A stretch of DNA of 64,000 bases from positions 22,868 to 86,867 of the forward strand of contig JABCSY010000004.1 in NCBI GenBank assembly GCA_018238625.1, given 5' to 3'. The translations under genes were made by a program, and so were the position numbers. Within the stretch, counting starts at the first letter, position 1. Each line of letters opens with the position of its first letter. Below, in pieces: positions 39,401-48,914 of the stretch. The DNA comes from Promethearchaeota archaeon (GTDB lineage Archaea > Asgardarchaeota > Lokiarchaeia > Sigyniarchaeales > SOKP01). The notes under the pieces are model-generated. The model worked only from the letters and a program-made list of their open reading frames with translations, did no database searches and was not told the DNA's origin.

Positions 39401-40457
39401 CAGTACAAATATTAGTTATAGCACCCTAGAACATGTCCAAAATTTAAATTCAACTATTTTAGAATCTAATTCTAATCACGTCTGCTTTTCCGCTCCCATT
39501 GATTATCTAACTCGATTTCCCTATATTAAAACAATAGAAATTCATTTTAATGCTTCGAATCTTACACCATCTATAGGAGAAGAACTGAACTTGTCCATTT
39601 ATGTTAAAAACAACGGTCTTGAAGGATTCAACATTCAAAACTTAACTATTTCAATGAACGATCAGTTTGGGGATTTAGTACGAATTGATAATGAAACTTT
39701 AAATATAGCGGAGTTAGGGTATAATATAGTTAAAGCCTTTAACATAACTCTAATTAAACGCGATTGGAAAGGGTATTTTTATCCTTCCATTAATTATGTG
39801 GAGAATTTAGAAAAAAGTTTAATTCAAATTGCTTCCTCAAAACCATTAATATTAGGGAGAATTAATTTTTCAATTATTAAATCAGTTGATAAGAACCAAG
39901 TTGAAATTGGGGACATTATAACGGTTGAGCTTAATGTTAAAAATGTTGGAACAATTTGTGCTAAAAATATAAGCATTAATGACATCATTAGTTTCACAGA
40001 AATTGACTTCAACTTAATAAGTGGTAGTCTTATTAACACGATCTCGTGTTTGCAACCAGGAGAGAATATAACCTTTTCATATAAAATTCAAGCTATATCT
40101 CAAGTCTTATTAAAGTTAAAACCCGCTGGAATTGAATATTATTACCTACTGAAGCTCGAGGACACATCTAATTTAGTTGAAATTAAAGTAGTAATTCCAG
40201 GAGTAATTCAAACATTTTTTGTTTTAGGTCCAATGTTAATTTCTTTAACAGTTTTAACCATTTTCCTTTGGAAAACAAAAAAATATAAAGCTAAAAAGTA
40301 CGAACTTCAACGGAACGAGTTAATGCTTTTCAAAGTTTCTGGTAGCAGCATTGTTTTACAAATTGAGAATACTTTAAGAGATAGATTTAATTCAATTTCT
40401 AAGATTCAGAGTGAAGAAATTATAGAAAAAGAAAATGGAGGTGAATCTATTAGCTGA
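36489..40457 (+). CDS. Large membrane-anchored surface (glyco)protein with DUF11/CARDB Ig-like domains
   Basis: Signal peptide MRRFNKIIVFVLIL, repeated GD.I...L.VKN.G...A.NI.I motifs, many N-x-S/T sites and a C-terminal TM. RBS AAGGAGG. Confidence 0.8.
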   Translation: MRRFNKIIVFVLILSFLSTPLYINFKKEIIALGVENDDTFKWDLLNPSDIAGTDLYAEQINVFVAGNKSVIKQSLFTNDTSILPRFDTRDPAFYKCNVLFSVSNGITPEIFPRVLNEDGFYRQYEMTFNSFSGFLYYDEEVNEDNAKLRAERALEIIKRKFEIDLIMINASNPYLFPFVGYYPNWDVYFREITTNLPMDGYWKALDVDRLTSEEYINNQHLSSTFLLVNSLDLLDKDITESIDQVNFNINSLDLGYLENLEVDNIFEQFSSILVDYPSLFGNFSDFLDLNQTTQEDSEGFGDMFSGLTLSNESHYTSLMVQYEGLSEGIKNVGENEYKFNLWDALGYQGEPLQPSQKIFIALTGAFMSEIDINIFCTEIVDETPKYFTFYDFLLEQIALLSFYADVDFDIQSLKDYSFELIWVDEKGFKHNYVKPVNLNDPTDYINFLHQLGWQGLPGIPTGILNPIEDFVITYKVSNSEPNLLITKDLIGENASFGVYNTFSFNITAKNVGNETAWGVPTPIPIELDDVFSIIVGPVGVFLGLDEDLKDAIWEVARVEYSGQYDSLEDFFNFDEDPRLFYFDTTGAGLIDTYYPNFSNFSNLLPYNENMNHVIDLIAIGNPQLISSLETIGLPSDSLKETFTNDDSIWNDDNWRLEPNEIISYTFDNLSIESFDTFSQFYMYNFTIKETFPELPSIISGVSIEETSPQMALTNDDEDWIVESEEKYVDQHEIEIQVLFQNTTNIDLINNSLDRVSIVINFTDPSNVLEFEVFNFSTEEFQSISAYLTSTVNNTSTFSFIKNQGTLEWLFDPTARDNHTIIIKIKGISTSLFNISINDLDVELYYRDINEYKVLGSRVIYSSLSGKIEYIRNSNSISLSTDNMASIVSYSYLTSYSTKVGDINNLTLVFKNIGSDFAKNINISILIPGIIYDPINFTIEENFLKYNVAELAPYTEKQVSFSFYIPNTAVISSTNISYSTLEHVQNLNSTILESNSNHVCFSAPIDYLTRFPYIKTIEIHFNASNLTPSIGEELNLSIYVKNNGLEGFNIQNLTISMNDQFGDLVRIDNETLNIAELGYNIVKAFNITLIKRDWKGYFYPSINYVENLEKSLIQIASSKPLILGRINFSIIKSVDKNQVEIGDIITVELNVKNVGTICAKNISINDIISFTEIDFNLISGSLINTISCLQPGENITFSYKIQAISQVLLKLKPAGIEYYYLLKLEDTSNLVEIKVVIPGVIQTFFVLGPMLISLTVLTIFLWKTKKYKAKKYELQRNELMLFKVSGSSIVLQIENTLRDRFNSISKIQSEEIIEKENGGESIS

Positions 40458-43400
40458 AGAAACTAATTAAATTCACACTTATTTTATTTCTTATCATAGG
40501 TTCAACTGTAGGAACGAGTTTCATTTTTAATTTAATAATTCCATATAAATTAAATTTTGGAAAACAAGAGAGTGTTGACTATCTACATAGTTCAAATAAT
40601 GGTAAAAAATCTGTAATCGTTTTTTTTAATGAATCCACATTTGATGCTAATGCTAAAACTAGGTTTGAATTTTATGGAGGAAATTTTAAAGAAAACGAAG
40701 AATGGAATTCCTTGTTTAATAACTTTTCGGGGTTCGCAGGAGTAATTCCTATAGAAAACATTTCCACATATAAAAGCGAGTTTCCAGATATAAATGTAGA
40801 AACTGATGAAATTATTGAAGTTCAAATGAATTATGCAAGCATTCAAACCCAATCAGTAAATTCAACATGGTACATAAATGGTTATAAAGGAAATACAGAT
40901 TCTTCTATTGCTGTTTTGGATAGTGGTGTAAATCTTAACCATGACTTTTTACAAGGCAGAATTATAGGTTGGCAGAATTTTATTAGTCAAGATCCGATGA
41001 CAGATTATAACGGTCATGGTACATTCATATCTTCAGTTATAGCGGGCACTGGTACTTCAACTTATAATTCTAATAGTCCTTCAATAGTGAATTTATACGG
41101 CAATTATTCTCATTTAGATCTTTTTGACGAATATTTGCCTTCTAAAAACTATTCATTAAAAATCTTTTCCACTAATATATCAAAATCAGATTCGATTATC
41201 GCAATAAATTCCACAAGTAATTTTCAGTTAAATGAGATAGATGGATTTTGGTTTGAGTTATATCTTAATTCTAGTTTAGTAAACTCATCTCACATTCAAA
41301 ATCCTAATCAATACTATTCATTTTTTCATAGTGTTCCTCAAACCGAACGAGGAATTTACGATTTGTACATAAAGTATCACAAAAAAACTAATTCTATTCC
41401 TTTGTTTTCGTTCAATTCATCTGTTTCATTCTTTCCAGAATCGTATACTGAACATTTCAATCATTTTACAGGAATAGCTAACGCAACTAATATACTGGCA
41501 TATAAGATCGTAAACCAAACAGGAAAAGGGTATGTGTCTGATTTAATATCAGCGATGGCAAGCGTAATTCAAAATCGTACGCAACATCATATCGTTAGTG
41601 TTTGTTTAAGTATTGGAACTTTAGGAGAGGATGTTTCCGCTATTAACGCTGTAATTGATGAGGTAATTGAAAACCATATTTTAGTGGTAATTGCCGCGGG
41701 AAATAAAGGGATTGAAGGTTCAGAACCTTTTAATAAGTTAGGTATGAATAAAAACTCGATTGTCGTTGGGGCAATCAATGATAAGGATCAAATAACATCT
41801 TATAGTAGTATGGGGCGGGATGTAGGGAATAACGTTCTAAAACCAGACATAGTTGCGCCTGGAGGTAGTAGTTTACCGGGGCACCGCTCATTAATAAGCG
41901 CAGGTGTAAAATCGGATGAATCTACTGCATCATATGGCACATCAATTTCCACTGCGATTGTTTCAGCAGCAATTAATTTATTAATCGACGCAAAATGGGG
42001 TAGTTGGACGGATTGGAATAATCAGGATTTATCGAAGTGGGTAAAAATACTAAAAGCGATTTTATTAATGACCGCTTCAGAAACGAATCTTGAAAGAGAA
42101 GACGATCTCAAAACAGAAATTGATGAAAGTGATTACTCCCCATCGAGATATACTGGATTGTTAAATAATTTAAAAGATGAACATGAAGGATACGGAAGGT
42201 TAAACATACAAGCCGCTATTGATGCGTTAACAAAAAAGATTGTGGTAAATCAAACTGTAATTAACAATTTAATTAATTCGGAACAAGATCCTCTTGGTAA
42301 TCATGTTTTTGCCAGAAAAATTACGCTCCAAGAAGATATCCAATATCTATTTAATTTAACGGGTGTAGACGACAATGCTGATTTGGATTTATTCTTGTTC
42401 TCGAACGAGTCTAATCAATATGGTGAACCCATATTATTGCAATCAACACAAAAATGGTATGGAGATTTCGATTCGTTTTATTTCACACCGAAATATAACC
42501 AAACAGAATGCGTTGTTATTGTGAAAGCGATCGAAGGTAAAAGTAGTTTCACATTAAACATCTCAAATGTTAAAAACTATTTCGTTCCTGAATTAAAAGT
42601 CCCCGAAATTACTTATTTTGGTGGAACGAAAAATGCTACTGTCATTAGCGTTCAAGAGTTTTATGGAAATGATCCTGCAAAAAACTATACTATTGATAAT
42701 TATAGGTTTTACATAGAATATTTTGATAGTGATATTTTAAACGTACCTCCACAAGAAGTGCTCTTACATATTGTTGAAACTTCAAAAAGTTATAGTTTAT
42801 TTCAATTAAACGAACTGGACAGTAATTATACTAATGGAGCTATTTTTATAAGCGATTTGGTAAAATTTTCTACTCCCGATACATACCACTATTATTTTAC
42901 AGCTAGTGATGGTTTACACCAAGCGAGGTATCCCCAATCTGGAGAATTAAATATTACAATTGAATTTCCAACTGATAGCGAAACATTTCCTTACGCTCAC
43001 GATTTTAACGAAGGCTATGGCGGTTGGATGTATAATGGAACTGGTTGGGGTTTGTTAACGCAGTCCAATCAAATAGATAATCGTTCCCGTTTATATTCTG
43101 AGGAGTGGTCAGCAATGTATTTTGGTAGAGAACATAATTATCCTTCCAATTACACTTATCAACCATATCTTATTACAAACCCTTTTCCAAACGGTTCTTT
43201 AAGAAGTCCTTTATTTAACATAACTCGGGTTAATGAGAATTTTACTCAAGTTTTTGCTAAGTTTGGTTTAAGAACAAGTATAAATTCTGGAGATTTTATG
43301 TATTTACAAATCAATCCAAATTGGACTGGTTGGATTACTTTAAAAACCTACACAAATGAAGAAAGAGATTGGTTCCTCGAAGAAATAAATATCACGCAAT

Positions 43401-45250
43401 ATATTGGTAATTATGTACAATTTAGATTCCTCGCATTATTAGACGATGAGTTTGATCATATTAATTACAAAGGACTAATGTTGGACTATTTTTCTTTAGA
43501 AAACCATACTAACCTTTATTCCCCCGAAATTGATTTTGTTCTGGAGGAGAACCTACTTGTGACTCGAGGTTTTAAATACGACGGCTTTACATTCTCTTGT
43601 AGATATTACGATTCTGATGGAAATTATCCCGAATTTGTATACCTTGAGATTGACAATAATAATTACACTATGATAAATTTATTTGGAGCTTGGAATGTTA
43701 GTTCCAATTCTACCGGAAATCGCGGGGTTCTATTTGTTAAATCATTAGTTATTGGTGATCTTTCTGATCTTTCTTTCAAATTTCATGTATTTGATGGAAA
43801 ATTTCAAAATTCTACTATTTATTATAACCAAGATAATTCAATATTTAGTTTTCAAAACCCTAATGTATTTGAATTTAATGTAAATCGAAATGATAAAATG
43901 ATTGGATACGAATTCTCAAGTGAATCACTATCAGAGTATTATGTTGTGGGGGACCCCATCCAAAAAGAATTGACATCGTGGTTAAAGGGAGACAACACGT
44001 GGCACATTACTTCTCGTTTTACACAATCATATATTTATGGAGGTTTAGGTCAAAGTTTTGGTAGCCTTAATCAAGGTTACGAGACGAATTGGGATATTAA
44101 ACTAATTACTCACCCCGTACATGTTGGAAGTGAATATAAAGTTTATTTAGAGTATTATTTTGATATTTCTTTACAAAATGAATTCTTTTTAGAACTTGAC
44201 GAACTCGATAAATGTACAGTTTCGATATCAAAGAATTTTGGTGAAAGTTGGGTAATTCTTAAAGAATATTTCTTCGATAGCGAGATTCTTTCTGGAAATG
44301 AATCGTTAGATATTTCGCAATTTTCTGACGAAGATGTAATAATTATGTTTACTTTGTCTACCAATGATATTACTACTGGACTTGGGCATGGATGGTTGTT
44401 ATCAAATATATATATCGGTTATGACAAGTCAACAGATTTTGTTACTCCTAATATCGAGATTCTTAGCCCCTCAAATGACGAATTGGTTAGTGCAATTTTT
44501 ACATTGGAAGCAAATATCACCGATGATGTGGAATTAGACAACTCAAGGATGTACATATATATTAACAACCAAATTGTTGATAGGACTTTACTTAATTACG
44601 ATCAAACAACAGGCGTTTTAACATTCCAATGGGATACAACGCTATACCGAGACGGACGGTACGATATAAAAGTTGTAGTATTTGATAAAGAAGGTAATAG
44701 AGGCGAATCCTCTATATCTGTCGTAGTAGAAAATGGATTTATAGATCTGCGCACATGGGGGGTATGGTTATTAATAATCGTAAGTGTCTTAGCTATTGGT
44801 ATAGTATCATATTTTATTGCTGAGAAAAGGGGTAAGGTTTGGAATAAAAATCGTAAAAATTCAAATGTAGAGAAATTAAGGTTAAAACATATTGATAAAG
44901 ATCAAATAATCAAAAGGATAGAGTTAATAGAAACTAAAGACGAACAACAAAGACCATTAATTCTTCACTGCAAGTATTGTAGATCATGGTATGAATCTGA
45001 TAAATTCAACATTATATGTCCAGTATGCGAACACGATCAAATTTATGTAGCATACAATTGTATGAATTGCGGAAAGTGGTACTTTAAAGACGAACCGAGC
45101 GATGATTATTATTGTAAAAACAAAAAATGCCAAGGCGTTCGGTTAATAAAGCGTGAAAAAGAAGAGATTAAAGATATTTTAAATAAAGAAGGTAAACTTC
45201 TAAGAAAATACGAATTTAAAAATAAAAGATTTAGCATATTAGGCCCTTAA
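40454..45250 (+). CDS. Membrane-anchored S8 subtilase with Ig-like domains and cytoplasmic Zn-finger tail
   Basis: Catalytic AVLDSG, NGHGT, AAGN and GTSIS, plus KPDIVAPGG. C-terminal TM followed by four CxxC-type pairs. An in-frame signal peptide begins at CTG 40454 after GGAGGTGA (track start 40712). Confidence 0.88.
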   Translation: MKKLIKFTLILFLIIGSTVGTSFIFNLIIPYKLNFGKQESVDYLHSSNNGKKSVIVFFNESTFDANAKTRFEFYGGNFKENEEWNSLFNNFSGFAGVIPIENISTYKSEFPDINVETDEIIEVQMNYASIQTQSVNSTWYINGYKGNTDSSIAVLDSGVNLNHDFLQGRIIGWQNFISQDPMTDYNGHGTFISSVIAGTGTSTYNSNSPSIVNLYGNYSHLDLFDEYLPSKNYSLKIFSTNISKSDSIIAINSTSNFQLNEIDGFWFELYLNSSLVNSSHIQNPNQYYSFFHSVPQTERGIYDLYIKYHKKTNSIPLFSFNSSVSFFPESYTEHFNHFTGIANATNILAYKIVNQTGKGYVSDLISAMASVIQNRTQHHIVSVCLSIGTLGEDVSAINAVIDEVIENHILVVIAAGNKGIEGSEPFNKLGMNKNSIVVGAINDKDQITSYSSMGRDVGNNVLKPDIVAPGGSSLPGHRSLISAGVKSDESTASYGTSISTAIVSAAINLLIDAKWGSWTDWNNQDLSKWVKILKAILLMTASETNLEREDDLKTEIDESDYSPSRYTGLLNNLKDEHEGYGRLNIQAAIDALTKKIVVNQTVINNLINSEQDPLGNHVFARKITLQEDIQYLFNLTGVDDNADLDLFLFSNESNQYGEPILLQSTQKWYGDFDSFYFTPKYNQTECVVIVKAIEGKSSFTLNISNVKNYFVPELKVPEITYFGGTKNATVISVQEFYGNDPAKNYTIDNYRFYIEYFDSDILNVPPQEVLLHIVETSKSYSLFQLNELDSNYTNGAIFISDLVKFSTPDTYHYYFTASDGLHQARYPQSGELNITIEFPTDSETFPYAHDFNEGYGGWMYNGTGWGLLTQSNQIDNRSRLYSEEWSAMYFGREHNYPSNYTYQPYLITNPFPNGSLRSPLFNITRVNENFTQVFAKFGLRTSINSGDFMYLQINPNWTGWITLKTYTNEERDWFLEEINITQYIGNYVQFRFLALLDDEFDHINYKGLMLDYFSLENHTNLYSPEIDFVLEENLLVTRGFKYDGFTFSCRYYDSDGNYPEFVYLEIDNNNYTMINLFGAWNVSSNSTGNRGVLFVKSLVIGDLSDLSFKFHVFDGKFQNSTIYYNQDNSIFSFQNPNVFEFNVNRNDKMIGYEFSSESLSEYYVVGDPIQKELTSWLKGDNTWHITSRFTQSYIYGGLGQSFGSLNQGYETNWDIKLITHPVHVGSEYKVYLEYYFDISLQNEFFLELDELDKCTVSISKNFGESWVILKEYFFDSEILSGNESLDISQFSDEDVIIMFTLSTNDITTGLGHGWLLSNIYIGYDKSTDFVTPNIEILSPSNDELVSAIFTLEANITDDVELDNSRMYIYINNQIVDRTLLNYDQTTGVLTFQWDTTLYRDGRYDIKVVVFDKEGNRGESSISVVVENGFIDLRTWGVWLLIIVSVLAIGIVSYFIAEKRGKVWNKNRKNSNVEKLRLKHIDKDQIIKRIELIETKDEQQRPLILHCKYCRSWYESDKFNIICPVCEHDQIYVAYNCMNCGKWYFKDEPSDDYYCKNKKCQGVRLIKREKEEIKDILNKEGKLLRKYEFKNKRFSILGP

Positions 45251-45280
45251 GTTAAATTAAACTAATTAAAGCTGGAAAAA

Positions 45281-48247
45281 TTGAGTTTGCAAAATTATTT
45301 GTATAGGATTAGATTAAAAATAAGGTTACAATTTTTAAGACAGGTTTGGCTTAATATTAAAAGAGATCGCGCAAAAGCATTGTTCGGCATAGGAGGCATC
45401 ACTGTTTCCATAATTCTTTTAACTGCAATAGGGATGGTAAACAATACGATGTCTTTTAATTATATGGGATTAATTACAAGCACAACAGGAAGCTCGGACG
45501 TAATGATTTCACGAACAATGAAAACTGACTTAACATTTGACCCTTTCTTTGATGAAACCATCATAGATAACGAATTGAAAGATATTGAAGGTGTAGAAGA
45601 ATTTTTTCCAAGGATAATGATGCTTGTAAAAGTCTCTTCTGATAAAACAGATTCAAATGGTACCTTACAAATCTACGGAATTAACTTTGATCAAGAAGCT
45701 AATAATGGTGATATGGGAAATCTAAATTTAGTTAATCAAAATGGCACAGAAACCGGAGGGATTTATACTGGCGAACCCGGAATGGGAGAATGTGTTATCT
45801 TATGGACTGTAGCAGAATTACTAAACGTTAGTTTAGGGGATTTGATACATTTAGATTACCAACAATATAATTTGGATGTCGAAGTTGTCGCAATCTGCAA
45901 GCAAGATTTAAAATTTACAGACTTTGAAAACGCTTTAATAATCATTAATTTACAACAAGCCCAATTGTTTTTACAAAGAGAAGGAGAAATTAATTTAGTT
46001 ATGGGAATTCTTGAAAACCCACAGTCAATATACGATGTTAGCGATATAGATCTTACAAAAAGGAAAATAAGAGTGATAGGAACTCGAATTCAACAGAGAT
46101 TGGACCCAAACATCTATTCTGTGTCAATGCCAAAATTACAAGAATTGAGTACCCAGCAATTTATGTTAATTGGGATGACTATTATCTTCTGGTTTATTAC
46201 TGGTATATCTATGCTCATTACGGCGATTTTAATAAACTCAATTCTTTCCACTTCTACTGAAGAAAGGGTGAGAGAATATGGCATTTTAAGAGTTGTGGGA
46301 GGAAAAAAGTCATTCCCCATTAAAATGGTTGTCTTTGAAGGCGTATCAATAGGAGTTGTAGGGGCTATCTTAGGAATTATTATAGGTGTAATATTTACCC
46401 CCCCAATTGTAGACTATTTATTCATTGCAATGAATTTTCCAATTCAAAATATGGAGTATGTAATCCAACCTTCGACAATTATTTTGGCTTTTTCAATAGG
46501 ATCCATTGTTTCTTTAGTTGTCTCGATGTTACCAGCTTTTAAAACTGCAAAAATTGATATTATAAAATCGATTACACCATTTCACAAAAAAGAACAAGGA
46601 TGGGAAGTAAAAAAGGAAGGAAGTATGAATGTTAGGAGTTTTCTAATTGGAAGCTCTCTCGCTACAATCGGCATGCTTGTTTTTATTTTACTACCAAGCG
46701 TTTTTGTAACAGGAAATTTTATGTTAATAGCTGGATTGTTTATTGGACTTATTGCAGCTATATTACTTGGGTTGGTATTCGCTTCGGTGGGAATTATACC
46801 ATTTATTCAGAGTTTACTTATTGGAGCAATCACTCCTTTAATTAAAAAGTATGCAAATATTATTAAAATCTCTCTAAAAAGAAACAGAAGGCGTAATACA
46901 AGCACAATTGTAATGTTTGCGATTAGTTTTTCTTTTATTTTTTTTATTACTAGTGTTACAGAAATGGAATCAAAAAATATGTCGTTAAATTTAAGATTTC
47001 AGTATGGTTCCGATTTGGTTTTAATTAACCAAGGTTTAGAATCTAATGTTGACGCAGTTACCTTAGATATGGTCCAAGATCTCAAGACTATTCAAGGAAT
47101 AGACCAAACAGCGTTAATATTATACAATATGTTTGATATTACAGCAATTATGTCAGTATTATTTGACTTCGGCGATAGTGGTCCAAGTTTTGATGAAGAT
47201 TCTATCAATGACGCGTTCATAAACATTTTTGAATTTTATTCCGCTCAAGCAGAAACAAAATATCAGGTAAAAGCTGCCGACATTGCTAACTTCGACGAAA
47301 ATGAAGTTGGGTTTATCGGTATTGAAGATGATTATTACAGTTTAATGGATAAAGATCTTATGATTTGGAGTAGCCCGGAGAGTGGTTTTAATTATTCATT
47401 TAGTCAAATTTTTGATTATAACAACACCTGCATAATTGCAAATTCTCTCGCTAGCGTTCTTGGAATAAACGAAGTTGGAGAATACATACGATTAACATTC
47501 ACCAACCCTCAAATTGCCAACGATCCAGGAAATATTACGCTTTTCCGCGTAGTAGGAATCTCGGGAGGGATGCCCGGTTTTACAAACTTTAAAAGCTCTA
47601 AAGCTATGGCAGCGGGTGGAGGTATAATGGTCTCTTTAGATAATTACATGCGTTTAATGGATGTTGAGGATCCTGGGGGCTCAAATATGATTGTGGATAA
47701 AGTCTTCATCAAATTATTAGACGATTCCGAAGAAAATATCGAAACTACAAAAGAAGAAATACAAAACCTATCCTCTGATAAAGATTATTTTCTTGATGAT
47801 GCAATAACTAAAATTAATTTTATGCAAGATATGTTTGAAAGACAAAGTAGTCTAATGGAAATAGTTTTATGGTTTGCTATAGTAATCGCCATATTTGGGT
47901 TAATCTCCACGATGTACGCAATTATTTCTGAGCGGAAGTTTGAAATCGGCATTCTGAGATCGCTTGGCATGAAAGCTAAAGACGTAAGGAACTTGTTCTT
48001 GATTGAAAGTTTCATCATAATGTTAAGCAGCGGAACTATGGGGACATTAATAGGGACTTATTGCGCTTATTTAATGGAGACAAATTTAGGTCTCATGACT
48101 GAGATGCCTATTGTATTTGCAATTCCTGTGGATGTTGTAGTAAGGGTTTTTACCCTTTCAATTACATTTGGGGTACTAGGGATGTACCTAGTCTTAATAA
48201 AATTAAGTAGACAATCTGTAATGGATATCTTCCGCCAGACGTTTTGA
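45281..48247 (+). CDS. FtsX/MacB-like ABC permease (second paralog)
   Basis: ERVREYGILRVVG and ERKFEIGILRSLG, with the same architecture as 33481-36471. Confidence 0.92.
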   Translation: MSLQNYLYRIRLKIRLQFLRQVWLNIKRDRAKALFGIGGITVSIILLTAIGMVNNTMSFNYMGLITSTTGSSDVMISRTMKTDLTFDPFFDETIIDNELKDIEGVEEFFPRIMMLVKVSSDKTDSNGTLQIYGINFDQEANNGDMGNLNLVNQNGTETGGIYTGEPGMGECVILWTVAELLNVSLGDLIHLDYQQYNLDVEVVAICKQDLKFTDFENALIIINLQQAQLFLQREGEINLVMGILENPQSIYDVSDIDLTKRKIRVIGTRIQQRLDPNIYSVSMPKLQELSTQQFMLIGMTIIFWFITGISMLITAILINSILSTSTEERVREYGILRVVGGKKSFPIKMVVFEGVSIGVVGAILGIIIGVIFTPPIVDYLFIAMNFPIQNMEYVIQPSTIILAFSIGSIVSLVVSMLPAFKTAKIDIIKSITPFHKKEQGWEVKKEGSMNVRSFLIGSSLATIGMLVFILLPSVFVTGNFMLIAGLFIGLIAAILLGLVFASVGIIPFIQSLLIGAITPLIKKYANIIKISLKRNRRRNTSTIVMFAISFSFIFFITSVTEMESKNMSLNLRFQYGSDLVLINQGLESNVDAVTLDMVQDLKTIQGIDQTALILYNMFDITAIMSVLFDFGDSGPSFDEDSINDAFINIFEFYSAQAETKYQVKAADIANFDENEVGFIGIEDDYYSLMDKDLMIWSSPESGFNYSFSQIFDYNNTCIIANSLASVLGINEVGEYIRLTFTNPQIANDPGNITLFRVVGISGGMPGFTNFKSSKAMAAGGGIMVSLDNYMRLMDVEDPGGSNMIVDKVFIKLLDDSEENIETTKEEIQNLSSDKDYFLDDAITKINFMQDMFERQSSLMEIVLWFAIVIAIFGLISTMYAIISERKFEIGILRSLGMKAKDVRNLFLIESFIIMLSSGTMGTLIGTYCAYLMETNLGLMTEMPIVFAIPVDVVVRVFTLSITFGVLGMYLVLIKLSRQSVMDIFRQTF

Positions 48248-48251
48248 ATTG

Positions 48252-48836
48252 TTATTGATTTTCTTTTATAAATTCAATCAATCTTTTCCAAGCTTTTCCG
48301 CGGTGCGAAATACTATTCTTTTCGTCAGTAGTTAATTCTGCAAATGTATTTGATGGGATTTCATTAGGGATAAAGATGGGATCAAAACCAAAGCCGTTAG
48401 TACCTCTAATTGTTTCTGAGACTTTTCCTTCGATTGTCCCTTCAAATAAGAACGTTTTATTCATTGGTTGAAAGTAAAGAGCGATGACTGTTTCAAAATG
48501 AGCTTTAGTATTTTTAAAATTATCAATAAGTTTTAGAATTCCTCTGTTTCCAATTGTATTTAATACGAATTTAGAATAAACGCCAGGAAAACCGTTAAGA
48601 GGAACATCTATAAAAAAACCAGCGTCTTCAATAAAATAGGAGTTGTTAAGCTTTCCTTTTACGCTGTTTAGCTTAAAAAGAGCTACTTCTTTAATACTTG
48701 TCGCTTGGATTTCTGTTGTATCAATCGTATTTTGCCTTAACATGTAAGATATCTTCTCTTTTTGAAACATTTTTTCAATTTCGTTAAATTTGTAGTTATT
48801 ACCTGTAATAAAATAAATTGTATCTTTTACATCCAT
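48252..48836 (-). CDS. rdgB: Non-canonical purine NTP pyrophosphatase (RdgB/HAM1)
   Basis: TGN..K, EDAG, GFPGVYS, GFGFDPIF and SHRGKA. Confidence 0.95.
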   Translation of the reverse strand: MDVKDTIYFITGNNYKFNEIEKMFQKEKISYMLRQNTIDTTEIQATSIKEVALFKLNSVKGKLNNSYFIEDAGFFIDVPLNGFPGVYSKFVLNTIGNRGILKLIDNFKNTKAHFETVIALYFQPMNKTFLFEGTIEGKVSETIRGTNGFGFDPIFIPNEIPSNTFAELTTDEKNSISHRGKAWKRLIEFIKENQ

Positions 48837-48914
48837 AACTACTATAAATTTTTAAGATTTAATTAGATATATTACAAATTAAAATAATGTTAGATTTAAT
48901 ATATAAGGATTATT

